A DNA stretch of 62,442 nt. It comes from Chromatiales bacterium. GTDB lineage: Bacteria > Pseudomonadota > Gammaproteobacteria > SZUA-152. The notes below the pieces were generated by a model. That model did not search any database. It was not told the DNA's origin and saw only the letters and a list, made by a program, of their open reading frames with translations. Positions 8,352-17,237 of the stretch are shown here, piece after piece. Numbering within the stretch: position 1 is the first letter of the stretch; the number at the start of each line of letters is the position of its first letter. Location of the stretch: contig JALSHB010000126.1 in assembly GCA_026982475.1 (NCBI GenBank), positions 1-62,442 on the forward strand, given 5' to 3'. Made by a program: the position numbers and the translations under genes.

Positions 8352-9299
8352 TTGTCTGAAATGAGCTTCATCAGCGTCATCGAGCGCTATCACCAGAACC
8401 GCGAGGCCATCCACGATCTGCTGGCCTCGATACTTACCGGCATCACGGAACAACGCCTTTTCGACGACGAAAAGCTGCAACAGTCCGCCATCGAGTGCCT
8501 CAACGAGCGCTATTCCTTCGTCGAGCTACTGTACACCCTGGACACCGAGGGCCTGCAGCACAGCGAGAATCACTATGCCTCCGGGAAGAAGCGCAGCAAG
8601 ACCCTGCACGGCAAGGATCGCAGCCAGCGGCCCTACTTTCAGCTGGTGAAGGAAAGCCAGGGCGTCGTCGTCACCGAGCCCTATCTGTCCATCGCCAATA
8701 CCAGCCTATGCATCTCCGCCGCGGCGCCGGTGCACGATCACGACGACAAGCTGCTGGGCTATGTGGTGCTGGACATCGACCTCGCCGGCATCATCGCCTT
8801 CCTCATGGGCGATACCGTGCGGCGCCGCTTCGCACCGCTGTTCAAGCTTGTCTACTCATTGATTGCCCTGGGCCTGTTTTCGGTGGTGATCCTGTTGCTG
8901 TACGCCTCGCTGAACGAGATCGTCCACATGCGGCCGGATCAGGTGGGCGGTCACGACTTCTACCTGCGGCCCTTCGGCATCATCATCTACCTCACCCTGG
9001 GCCTGGCCATCTTCGATCTCGCCAAGACCACCTTCGAGGAAGAGGTGCTGATGCACAAGGACATCTTCCGCCACAGCTCCACGCGTCGCACCATCACCCG
9101 CTTCATGGCCGCCATTCTCATCGCCGTGTCCATCGAATCCCTGCTGCTGATGTTCAAGTCCGCCCTTGGCAACGGCGAACATCTTGCCGGCGCCGTGTGG
9201 ATGATGATGTCCGCGGTGGGCCTGCTGATCGGCCTGGGGCTCTATGTCTATCTCGGCGCCAAGGCCGAGGCCGTCTTAAACGACACCAACAACAAATAG
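8352..9299 (+). CDS. Cache/PDC-like sensor domain (no N-terminal TM) fused to a YqhA/PsiE-like 4-TM module
   Basis: 315 aa. Residues about 40-150 carry DRSQRPYF...VVVTEPYLS...APV.D..DKLLGYVVLDIDL, a Cache/PDC signature. There are four hydrophobic segments at about 162-186, 205-224, 247-268 and 279-302. TTG start at 8352, or ATG at 8361. Confidence 0.6.
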   Translation: MSEMSFISVIERYHQNREAIHDLLASILTGITEQRLFDDEKLQQSAIECLNERYSFVELLYTLDTEGLQHSENHYASGKKRSKTLHGKDRSQRPYFQLVKESQGVVVTEPYLSIANTSLCISAAAPVHDHDDKLLGYVVLDIDLAGIIAFLMGDTVRRRFAPLFKLVYSLIALGLFSVVILLLYASLNEIVHMRPDQVGGHDFYLRPFGIIIYLTLGLAIFDLAKTTFEEEVLMHKDIFRHSSTRRTITRFMAAILIAVSIESLLLMFKSALGNGEHLAGAVWMMMSAVGLLIGLGLYVYLGAKAEAVLNDTNNK

Positions 9300-9327
9300 C
9301 CCGCCGGCCCGAGAGGAAACAGCCACC

Positions 9328-10527
9328 GTGAGCCAAGCCCTGCCCCCCCTGCGCCTGAAGAAAAACGAGGAGCGCCGCCTGCGCGCGGGCCACCTGTGGG
9401 TGTACAGCAACGAGGTCGACATCCGGCAGACGCCGCTCAAGGACCTCGAACCCGGCAGCGCCGTCAGCATCGAGGATGCGCGCGGCCACCCCATCGGCAG
9501 CGGCTATGTGAACCCTCACTCACTGATCTGCGCCCGCCTGGTCAGCCGCGATCCGAAACATGCCCTCGACAAGTCACTGCTGGTGCACCGCATCAACATC
9601 GCCCTGTCGCTGCGCGAGACGGCCTTCGAGGCACCGTTCTACCGCCTCGTCCACGGCGAGGGCGACGGCCTGCCGGGACTGGTGGTGGACCGCTTCGGCG
9701 AGGTACTGGTGGCACAGATCACCACCGCCGGCATGGAGCGCCACCGGGACGCCGTCATCGCCGCGCTGCAAAAGGTGCTCAAGCCCGCCGCCATCGTGCT
9801 GCGCAACGACAGCCCGGCGCGCAAGCTGGAGGGCCTGGACAGCTACGTCGACACCGCCCATGGCGAGCTGCCCGGCGAACTGCTCATCGAGGAAAACGGC
9901 GCCCGCTTTGCCATCGACCCGCTGGGCGGGCAGAAGACCGGCTGGTTCTTCGATCACCGCATGAACCGCGCGCGCATGCAGCACTACGTGAAGGGCCGGC
10001 GCGTGCTGGACGTGTTCAGCTACATCGGCGGCTGGGGCATCGAGGCGGCGGTGGCCGGCGCCGGCGATGTGATGTGCGTGGAGTCCAGTCAGGGCGCCAG
10101 CGACCGCATCCACCACAATGCCGAACTCAATGGCCTCGGCGACGGCGTCGCCAGCCTGCAGGGCGATGCCTTCGAGGCCCTGAAGGGCCTGCGCCAGGCC
10201 CGCGAGCGCTTCGACGTGGTGATCGTCGATCCACCGGCCTTCATCAAGCGCAAGAAGGATTTCAAGGAAGGCCTCAACGCCTACCACCGCATCAACCAGA
10301 TGGCCCTGCAGGTGCTCAACAAGGGGGGTTATCTGGTCAGCGCCTCCTGCTCCTGGCACCTCAAACACGAGCAGCTGCGCGACGTCATCCTCAAGACCAG
10401 CCGCCACGTGGACCGCGCCGCGCAGATCGTCGAACAGGGACATCAGGGGCCGGATCACCCGGTGCACCCCGCCATCCCCGAGACCGATTACCTCAAGGCG
10501 TTCATCGTGCGGGTGCTGGCCAGCTGA
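9328..10527 (+). CDS. rlmI: 23S rRNA m5C1962 methyltransferase (RlmI-like, PUA + class I SAM MTase)
   Basis: 399 aa. Contains LKKNEERRLRAGHLWVYSNEV (PUA N-terminus), GQKTGWFFDHR and DPPAF. Confidence 0.85.
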   Translation: MSQALPPLRLKKNEERRLRAGHLWVYSNEVDIRQTPLKDLEPGSAVSIEDARGHPIGSGYVNPHSLICARLVSRDPKHALDKSLLVHRINIALSLRETAFEAPFYRLVHGEGDGLPGLVVDRFGEVLVAQITTAGMERHRDAVIAALQKVLKPAAIVLRNDSPARKLEGLDSYVDTAHGELPGELLIEENGARFAIDPLGGQKTGWFFDHRMNRARMQHYVKGRRVLDVFSYIGGWGIEAAVAGAGDVMCVESSQGASDRIHHNAELNGLGDGVASLQGDAFEALKGLRQARERFDVVIVDPPAFIKRKKDFKEGLNAYHRINQMALQVLNKGGYLVSASCSWHLKHEQLRDVILKTSRHVDRAAQIVEQGHQGPDHPVHPAIPETDYLKAFIVRVLAS

Positions 10528-10573
10528 CGCCGATGACAAGACGCCTCGTTCGCGGTATGACCACAGCATCGTC

Positions 10574-10630
10574 CGCAAATGCACGCCAATGAACGCAAAT
10601 CTGTTTCGAATTCATTGGCGTGCATTTGCG
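10574..10630. repeat. 20-bp perfect inverted repeat between the convergent rlmI and oxyR
   Basis: cgcaaatgcacgccaatgaa - 17 nt - ttcattggcgtgcatttgcg, followed by attggcggac, which recurs at 61724 and 61949. Confidence 0.85.
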
Positions 10631-10653
10631 TCCATTGGCGGACTGAATACCCG

Positions 10654-11565
10654 TTACCCCTCCCCCTCGATCTGTGCACGCTGGCCACGAATAAACTCGC
10701 CCAGCAGGCGAAACGCCTCACCGAAGGCGCTGCCACGCCGCCACGCCAGGCCGATCTCGCGCACACTGTTCTCGGCCAGCGGATAGGTCTCGATACGGGT
10801 GCTCTTCAGCAGCGGTGACGCCACCGCCATCTGCGGCAGGAAGGTGATGCCAAGGTCCGCGTCCACCATCTCCACCAGGGTCAGCAGGCTGCTTGCGGCA
10901 AAGCGACTGACCTGTTCCGGCTTGCGAATCTCGCAGGCCGACAGGGCGTGGTCACGCAGGCAGTGGCCGTCTTCCAGCAACAGCACGCTCTCCTGGGGCA
11001 GGCCCTCCACGCTGTAGTGCGCCGGATCCAGCAACTGGCTGTTTTCACGGCAGGCGAGGCGAAAGGGGTCGTCGAACAGCCCCATCACCTCCACGTTGCG
11101 TAACGCATACGGCAAGGCAATGAGGATCAGGTCCAGTTCACCGGCCATCATTTTTTCATGGATACGCTGGGTAAGGTCCTCGTGCAGGTACAGCTGCAGC
11201 CGCGGATAGGCCTCGCGCAGCGCCGGCAAAACCTTGGGCAGCAGGAAGGGGGCGATGGTGGGGATCACGCCGAGGCGCAGCTTGCCCGCCAGTGGATCGC
11301 GGCTGCTGCGCGCCAGCTGCACCAGTTCCTCCAGGCCGCGCAGGCAGTCACGCGCCCGCGCCGCCACCTCACGGCCGCTGGCGGTGATGGTGACACGCTT
11401 GTTGGTGCGGTCCACCAGCTGCACCTCCAGTAGGCGTTCGAGGTCACGGATGGCAACACTGAAGGCAGACTGAGAAACGAAGCAGGCCTGTGCGGCCTGG
11501 CCGAAGTGGCCGTGCTTCTCCAGGGCGACGAAATAGCGCAGTTGCTTGACAGTGGGCAGGTTCAT
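10654..11565 (-). CDS. oxyR: LysR-family peroxide sensor OxyR
   Basis: The ORF track extends to 11697. I start at MNLPTVKQLRYFVAL (ATG 11565). LLLEDGHCLRDHALSAC contains the two redox cysteines (the C199/C208 pattern). Divergent from a peroxiredoxin gene. Confidence 0.9.
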   Translation of the reverse strand: MNLPTVKQLRYFVALEKHGHFGQAAQACFVSQSAFSVAIRDLERLLEVQLVDRTNKRVTITASGREVAARARDCLRGLEELVQLARSSRDPLAGKLRLGVIPTIAPFLLPKVLPALREAYPRLQLYLHEDLTQRIHEKMMAGELDLILIALPYALRNVEVMGLFDDPFRLACRENSQLLDPAHYSVEGLPQESVLLLEDGHCLRDHALSACEIRKPEQVSRFAASSLLTLVEMVDADLGITFLPQMAVASPLLKSTRIETYPLAENSVREIGLAWRRGSAFGEAFRLLGEFIRGQRAQIEGEG

Positions 11566-11715
11566 GGCGGAATCCCCCGGTGGATGCGGACTAAATATTC
11601 GTAATAAGCGAACGATACAATAGAAACATTCAATTTTACCAAACCTTAGAACGAGTCTAGACTCAGTCCAACACATCGACAAAGCAACCCCCGACACACA
11701 CTTAAGGAGTCAGCC

Positions 11716-12459
11716 ATGTTTGAAAACCGCGAAGGCCAGAATGTCCCCAAGGTCACCTTCCACACCCGCCAGGAGCACGAGTGGGTCGATCTCACCAGCG
11801 ACGACATCTTCAAGGGCAAGACCGTGATCGTGTTCTCCCTGCCCGGTGCCTTCACCCCCACCTGTTCCTCGTCGCACGTACCGCGCTTCAACCAGCTGGC
11901 GCCGGTGTTCAAGGCCCACGGCGTGGACGAGATCGTCTGCATCTCGGTCAACGACGCCTTCGTCATGAACGAGTGGAAGGCCGAGCAGAAGGCCGACCAG
12001 ATCACCTTCCTGCCCGACGGCAACGGTCACTTCACCGACGGCATGGGCATGCTGGTGGACAAGGACGAACTCGGCTTCGGCAAGCGCTCCTGGCGCTACG
12101 CCATGCTGGTCAAGGACGGCGTGGTGGAAAAGATGTTCATCGAGCCGGACGTCGATGGCGACCCCTACGGCGTCTCCGATGCCGACACCATGCTGGCCTA
12201 CATCGCCCCCGACGCCGAGCCAGTGCTGGACGTATCGGTGTTCACCCGCAAGGGCTGCCCCTACTGCGTGCAGGCCAAGGGCATGCTGCACGACGCCGGC
12301 ATCGCCTTCGAGGAGCTGGTTCTCAACCGCGACTACAGCGACCGCACCCTGCGCGCCGTCAGCGCCACGGACACGGTGCCGCAGGTCTTCGTCAACGGTG
12401 AGCGCATCGGTGGTTCCGAGGAACTGCAGAAGTGGCTGAAGGCCCGCAACGCCATTTGA
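11716..12459 (+). CDS. hybrid peroxiredoxin-glutaredoxin (Prx5-type Prx fused to Grx)
   Basis: 247 aa. Contains PGAFTPTCS (peroxidatic Cys) and a C-terminal CPYC glutaredoxin motif. Confidence 0.9.
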   Translation: MFENREGQNVPKVTFHTRQEHEWVDLTSDDIFKGKTVIVFSLPGAFTPTCSSSHVPRFNQLAPVFKAHGVDEIVCISVNDAFVMNEWKAEQKADQITFLPDGNGHFTDGMGMLVDKDELGFGKRSWRYAMLVKDGVVEKMFIEPDVDGDPYGVSDADTMLAYIAPDAEPVLDVSVFTRKGCPYCVQAKGMLHDAGIAFEELVLNRDYSDRTLRAVSATDTVPQVFVNGERIGGSEELQKWLKARNAI

Positions 12460-12480
12460 TGCCATCCTCCAGCAGGTGAC

Positions 12481-12512
12481 GACCGGCGGTCATTTTGACC
12501 GCCGGTTTTTTA
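12481..12512 (+). terminator. Rho-independent terminator after Prx-Grx
   Basis: accggcggtc-atttt-gaccgccggt followed by tttttt. Confidence 0.8.
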
Positions 12513-12557
12513 TGCCCGCCGGGCAGAATCCCAACACATGCGGTAGACTCTGCCCCC

Positions 12558-13418
12558 ATGCTGAACTACCCCCAGATCGACCCCGTGGCCATCAGCCTCG
12601 GCCCGCTGAAAATCCACTGGTACGGCATCATGTACCTGATCGCCTTCGGCGCCGCCTGGTGGCTGGGTCGCCTGCGCGCACGCCGGCCGGGTTCGGGCTG
12701 GACCGACGAGCAGATCTCCGACCTGATCTTCTACGGCGCCCTGGGCGTGGTGCTGGGCGGGCGCATCGGCTACACCCTGTTCTACAATTTCTCGCATTTC
12801 CTCAGTGACCCCGTCTCCATCTTCCGTATCTGGGAGGGCGGCATGTCCTTCCACGGCGGGCTGCTGGGGGTGCTGGTGGCCATGTGGCTGTTCGGCCGCA
12901 AGTACCGGCACAGCTTCTTCGAACTCACCGACTTCATCGCCCCGCTGGTGCCCATCGGCCTGGCCACCGGACGGCTGGGCAATTTCATCAACGGCGAGCT
13001 GTGGGGACAGCCGACCACCCTGCCCTGGGGCATGGTGTTTCCCGGCGCCGGGCCGCTGCCACGGCACCCGTCGCAGCTCTACGAGATGTTCCTCGAGGGC
13101 ATCGTGCTGTTCATCATCCTGTGGGTGTATTCCAGCAAGCCGCGGCCGCGCATGGCGGTGTCCGGGGTGTTCGCGCTGGGCTACGGGGTGTTCCGCTTCG
13201 CGGTGGAATTCGTGCGCCAGCCCGACGAACACCTGGGCTTCATCGCCTTCGGCTGGCTGACCCAGGGACAGCTGCTGTCGGCGCCGCTGATCGTGCTGGG
13301 CATGGTGCTGTTGTGGCTCGCCTACCGTCACCAGCCCGAACAGGCCCCGCCGGCCAGCGCGCCGAAGACTGCGACAAGGGCCAGCGGCAAAAAGCGACAC
13401 AGGAGGAAGGGCAAGTAA
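12558..13418 (+). CDS. lgt: prolipoprotein diacylglyceryl transferase
   Basis: Starts at [26 protein letters not shown] (ATG 12558; the ORF track begins at 12495). Contains [13 protein letters not shown] and HPSQLYE. Confidence 0.92.
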   Translation: MLNYPQIDPVAISLGPLKIHWYGIMYLIAFGAAWWLGRLRARRPGSGWTDEQISDLIFYGALGVVLGGRIGYTLFYNFSHFLSDPVSIFRIWEGGMSFHGGLLGVLVAMWLFGRKYRHSFFELTDFIAPLVPIGLATGRLGNFINGELWGQPTTLPWGMVFPGAGPLPRHPSQLYEMFLEGIVLFIILWVYSSKPRPRMAVSGVFALGYGVFRFAVEFVRQPDEHLGFIAFGWLTQGQLLSAPLIVLGMVLLWLAYRHQPEQAPPASAPKTATRASGKKRHRRKGK

Positions 13419-14213
13419 ATGCGCCAATATCTCGACCTGATGCGCCACGTCTTCGAGCACGGCGTGGAAAAGACCGACCGCACCGGCACCGGCACGCGCA
13501 GCGTGTTCGGCTACCAGATGCGCTTCGACCTGGCCGAGGGCTTCCCCCTGGTCACCACCAAGAAGCTGCACCTGCGCTCCATCATCCATGAACTGCTGTG
13601 GTTCCTGTCCGGCGACACCAACATCCGCTACCTGCAGGAGAACGGCGTGAAGATCTGGGACGAGTGGGCCGACGAAAACGGCAATCTCGGCCCCGTTTAC
13701 GGCGCCCAGTGGCGCTCCTGGCCCGCCGCCGGCGGCCGACACATCGACCAGATCAGTCAGGTGGTGGAGCAGATCAGGAACACCCCGGACTCGCGCCGCC
13801 TCATCGTCTCGGCCTGGAACGTGGGCGAGATCGACAACATGGCCCTGCCGCCCTGCCATGCCTTCTTCCAGTTCTATGTCGCCGATGGCCGGCTCTCCTG
13901 CCAGCTCTATCAGCGCAGCGCCGACATCTTCCTCGGCGTGCCCTTCAACATCGCCTCCTATGCCCTGCTGCTGATGATGGTGGCGCAGGTCACGGGTCTG
14001 AAGCCGGGCGAGTTCATCCACACCCTGGGCGATGCGCACCTGTACAGCAACCACCTCGAACAGGCCGAACTGCAACTGTCTCGCCAGCCGCTGCCGCTGC
14101 CGACCATGACCCTGAACCCCGCCATCGATGACCTGTTCAAATTCCGCTTCGAGGACTTCGAGCTGACGGGCTATGAATCCCACCCCCACATCAAGGCCCC
14201 CGTCGCCGTATGA
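13419..14213 (+). CDS. thyA: thymidylate synthase
   Basis: 264 aa. Contains DRTGTGT, LPPCH and QRSAD motifs. Confidence 0.97.
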   Translation: MRQYLDLMRHVFEHGVEKTDRTGTGTRSVFGYQMRFDLAEGFPLVTTKKLHLRSIIHELLWFLSGDTNIRYLQENGVKIWDEWADENGNLGPVYGAQWRSWPAAGGRHIDQISQVVEQIRNTPDSRRLIVSAWNVGEIDNMALPPCHAFFQFYVADGRLSCQLYQRSADIFLGVPFNIASYALLLMMVAQVTGLKPGEFIHTLGDAHLYSNHLEQAELQLSRQPLPLPTMTLNPAIDDLFKFRFEDFELTGYESHPHIKAPVAV

Positions 14214-14710
14214 CCGTATCCCTGATCTGGGCCATGGCCGACAACCGTATCATCGGCATCGACAACCGCCTGCCGTGGAAGCTGCCGGCGGACATGCAGT
14301 GGTTCCGCCGCAACACCCTGGGCAAGCCCATCGTCATGGGCCGGCTGACCTTCGAGTCCTTCGGCGCCCGCCCCCTGCCGGGGCGGCGCAACCTGATCGT
14401 CAGCCGCAACCCGGACTATGCGGCCGAGGGCGCCGAGGTATTTTCTTCACTGGAGGCGGCGCTGGCGGCCACGGCGGAAGACGATGAGGTGATGGTGATC
14501 GGCGGCGCATCGCTGTATGCGCAGGCCCTGCCGCTGGCCGATCGCCTCTACATGACCCTGGTGCACACCGAGGCGGAAGGCGACGCCCACTTTCCCGACT
14601 TCGACAGGGGGCAGTGGCGGGAAGTCGAGCGCACGGAGCATGACGCCGACGAGAAAAACCCCCACCCCTGCAGCTTCGTGGTGCTGGAGCGGCGCGGCAA
14701 GTCTGACTGA
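14210..14710 (+). CDS. folA: dihydrofolate reductase
   Basis: 166 aa. Contains IGIDNRLPW and GRLTFES. There is a 4-nt overlap with thyA. Confidence 0.93.
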   Translation: MTVSLIWAMADNRIIGIDNRLPWKLPADMQWFRRNTLGKPIVMGRLTFESFGARPLPGRRNLIVSRNPDYAAEGAEVFSSLEAALAATAEDDEVMVIGGASLYAQALPLADRLYMTLVHTEAEGDAHFPDFDRGQWREVERTEHDADEKNPHPCSFVVLERRGKSD

Positions 14711-14716
14711 TCCTTG

Positions 14717-14817
14717 CCACAAAGGCGCGGAGACGCAAGGAAAAACATGCTTCTGGTTTGTTGGCACCTCTGCAGGAATCAAGAATTGTTTTCCCTGCGT
14801 CCTCAGCGCCTCTGGGG
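14717..14817. repeat. imperfect long inverted repeat between the convergent folA and the REC gene
   Basis: ccacaaaggcgcggagacgcaaggaaaa ... ttttccctgcgtcctcagcgcctctgggg. Confidence 0.7.
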
Positions 14818-14825
14818 CAAAAAGC

Positions 14826-15620
14826 CTATTCGATGATGTTCTCGATCAGCCGCTTGATGGACGCCGCGTCGAAGGGCTTGTCGCACATGGCGGAGACCCC
14901 GGCCTGCTGCACGCCGGCGAGACGGCTGGCGTCCTGTTCGCTGGAGATCATCAGGATCGGCACGCTGGCCTGCTCGCTCTCCTGGCGCACGTGCTCGACG
15001 AATTCCTTGCCGTCCATCTCCGGCATGTTGAGGTCGGTGATGATGAGGTCGTAGTAATTCTGCTCCACCAGGGAAAAGGCCTCGCGACCGTTTTCCGCCT
15101 CGGTGAGTTTCTCGATGCCCATGGACTGCAGGATACGCCCGATGTGGCGGCGCGACAGGCCGCTGTCGTCCACCAACAGCACGTTCAGGTCCTCCAGCAG
15201 CACGCTCTCCGTCTCCAGCGTACCGGGATCGAAATAGTCCAGCGTGGCGTACAGCGCGGTACGCAACTGCTCCAGCTCGAAGGGTTTGGGCAGCAGGGCA
15301 ATGGCGCCGGCCTGGCGGATGGGCTCCAGGTAGCGATAGTGGGTCTCGCTGGAGATGAGCATGAAGGGCACGTCGGGCTGGGTCTCGCCACGGCGGATGG
15401 TTTCCAGCAGTTCACTGCCGGTCATGTCCGGCAAATGCATGGCGCTGATGATCAGATCCGGTGCATGGGGGGTCAGGCCGGCCAGTGCATCCCCGCCCTT
15501 GCGGACCCACTGCACATGCTTGACGCCCAGCGTCTGCAGATAATTTTCGATGATGCGGTGCTGCGCCACGGAGGGCTCCACCAGAATCACATGCAGGTTT
15601 TCCAGGCCGATTTCCGCCAT
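14826..15620 (-). CDS. double receiver protein: N-terminal pseudo-receiver + C-terminal canonical REC, no output domain (paralog B)
   Basis: 264 aa. REC2 has LLVDDS, IITDLNMPEMDG, MISSE and CDKPF. REC1 has ILVEPS and IISAMHLPDMTG, so the acidic pocket is E-P and the phospho-acceptor Asp is replaced by Ala. Confidence 0.8.
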   Translation of the reverse strand: MAEIGLENLHVILVEPSVAQHRIIENYLQTLGVKHVQWVRKGGDALAGLTPHAPDLIISAMHLPDMTGSELLETIRRGETQPDVPFMLISSETHYRYLEPIRQAGAIALLPKPFELEQLRTALYATLDYFDPGTLETESVLLEDLNVLLVDDSGLSRRHIGRILQSMGIEKLTEAENGREAFSLVEQNYYDLIITDLNMPEMDGKEFVEHVRQESEQASVPILMISSEQDASRLAGVQQAGVSAMCDKPFDAASIKRLIENIIE

Positions 15621-16414
15621 CAGTTCAGCATCCCCTCGATGAGTTGTTTTACCGTGCCGGACTCGAAGGGTTTGTCACAGATGGCCGATACGCCGGCCTG
15701 CTGAACGGCGGCAATGCGGCTCTCGTCGGACTCACTGGAGACCATCAGCACCGGGATGCTGGCCTGGGCGCTGGATTCGCGAATCTGCTCCACCAGCTCC
15801 TTGCCGTTCATTTGCGGCATGTTGTAGTCGGTGACCACCAGGTCGAAAAAATTCTCGGCGATGATCGCCAGCGCCTCGACGCCATTGCCGGCGGTGGTGA
15901 TGTCCTCGATACCCATGTTGCGCAGCACGCGCGAGATGTGGCGGCGCGCGGTGCTGGAGTCATCCACCACCAGCACCTTCAGCTCTTCGCTGGCAAAATC
16001 ACGCGCCGTCAGTTCGCCCGGATCGAGATAATTCAGCGTGGACTGCAGGGCCGCCTGCAATTGCTGCGGCGTAAAGGGCTTGGGCAGCAGGGCGATGACG
16101 CCGGCCTGGCGGATGGGCTCCAGGTAGCGATAGTGGGTCTCGCTGGAGATGAGCATGAAGGGCACCTCGGCGAGGGGTTCCTCCGCGCGCATGGCCTGCA
16201 CCAGCTCGGCGCCGGTCATGTCGGCCAGGTGCATGGCGCTGATCACCAGGTCCGGCGTCGCCGCGCGCATCTCCCGCAGGGCCTCGGTGGCCGTCTTGAC
16301 GCGAAACAGGATCGTCACGCCCAGGCCCCGCAGATGGTTCTCGATGAACCTGCTCTGCGCAGTGGAGGGTTCGACCAGCAATACGCTGATCGTATCGATA
16401 CTCAGTCTGGACAT
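15620..16414 (-). CDS. double receiver protein: pseudo-receiver + canonical REC (paralog A)
   Basis: 264 aa with the same architecture (LLVEPS / VISAMHLADMTG, then VVDDS / VVTDYNMPQMNG / CDKPF). Its stop overlaps the start of paralog B (TGATG). Confidence 0.8.
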   Translation of the reverse strand: MSRLSIDTISVLLVEPSTAQSRFIENHLRGLGVTILFRVKTATEALREMRAATPDLVISAMHLADMTGAELVQAMRAEEPLAEVPFMLISSETHYRYLEPIRQAGVIALLPKPFTPQQLQAALQSTLNYLDPGELTARDFASEELKVLVVDDSSTARRHISRVLRNMGIEDITTAGNGVEALAIIAENFFDLVVTDYNMPQMNGKELVEQIRESSAQASIPVLMVSSESDESRIAAVQQAGVSAICDKPFESGTVKQLIEGMLN

Positions 16415-16500
16415 GACGCCGCACCATCACACAAGTTCATGGCTAATTGTCGGTTGCGGCGGGCAAGACCTTTAGGCCGTGGCGCGGCGGCCAGTGCCAC

Positions 16501-17226
16501 TCATTCGTTGCTGATGAAGTCCGCCCTCTCGTCGAGCCGTTGCCTGACGCCGCGCCAGTGCGGCAGCACAGCATCCATCAGCCGATAGAAGCGGGGGCTG
16601 TGATTGAGTTCTCGCAGGTGGCAAAGCTCGTGCAGGATGACATAGTCGATGCACGCCAGCGGCGCCTTGACGAGGTGGGTGTTGAGGGTCACCAGCCCGC
16701 GCGCGTCACAGCTTCCCCAGCGGCGTCGCATCTTGCGCAGCCTCAGTTCGGGCACCCGATCCACCCAGGGCACGGCGTCGCACAGCGTCACCAGGCGTTG
16801 CCGGAACAGCGCCCGTGCCTGCCCACGGTACCAGCACCAGAGACGGCGCTTGATGCTGTCGGGATCCCTGTCGGCACTGTGTATGTAGAGGCGCTGGTCC
16901 GCGATACCCTGCGGCCGTGCGGCCGGCCGGGTGAGCGTCATCAGGCGGTACTCCTCGCCAAGAAAAAGATGCGCTTCTCCGTCGGCATAGGTCAGTGGAC
17001 GAACGAAGCCCGCAGTGGCCTCGATCTCATCCCGACGCCGTATCAGCCATTCGGCCTGCTCGGCGACCCAAGCTTGGATCTGCAACAGGTTTGTCGACAG
17101 CGGCACGTCGACCAACACACCGCCATCGGGAAGAATCCTGATCAGGGAACGCGTCTTGCGGCGCCGGTTGAAATTGACGCGATAGCATAACGGCCGCCCC
17201 GCGACGATGATTTGCTGCTCAATCAC
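16501..17226 (-). CDS. YgjP-like (DUF45 / M48-type) zinc metallohydrolase
   Basis: 241 aa. Contains RRWGSC and an HELCHL (HExxH) motif. The GTG start lies 11 nt after the glmS stop. Confidence 0.8.
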   Translation of the reverse strand: MIEQQIIVAGRPLCYRVNFNRRRKTRSLIRILPDGGVLVDVPLSTNLLQIQAWVAEQAEWLIRRRDEIEATAGFVRPLTYADGEAHLFLGEEYRLMTLTRPAARPQGIADQRLYIHSADRDPDSIKRRLWCWYRGQARALFRQRLVTLCDAVPWVDRVPELRLRKMRRRWGSCDARGLVTLNTHLVKAPLACIDYVILHELCHLRELNHSPRFYRLMDAVLPHWRGVRQRLDERADFISNE

Positions 17227-17237
17227 CGCCGTCCACG

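Noticed and set aside
11566-11715. OxyR operator in the oxyR / Prx-Grx divergent spacer (gatacaatagaaacattc contains an ATAG-like half-site).
   Set aside because: I could not lay out the full four-fold ATAG-N7-CTAT pattern by eye, so it is left unannotated. It is plausible but unsupported.
12510-14189. 559-aa ORF on the minus strand opposite lgt/thyA. There are similar long antisense ORFs at 879-2276(+), 2456-4099(+), 32811-34262(-), 55238-56509(-), 57473-58711(-) and 59996-61207(-).
   Set aside because: Each lies entirely antisense to a gene with unmistakable conserved motifs. Their translations are G/A/R/H/D/Q-rich low-information strings typical of the open antisense frames of GC-rich genes, and I see no RBS or recognisable domain.
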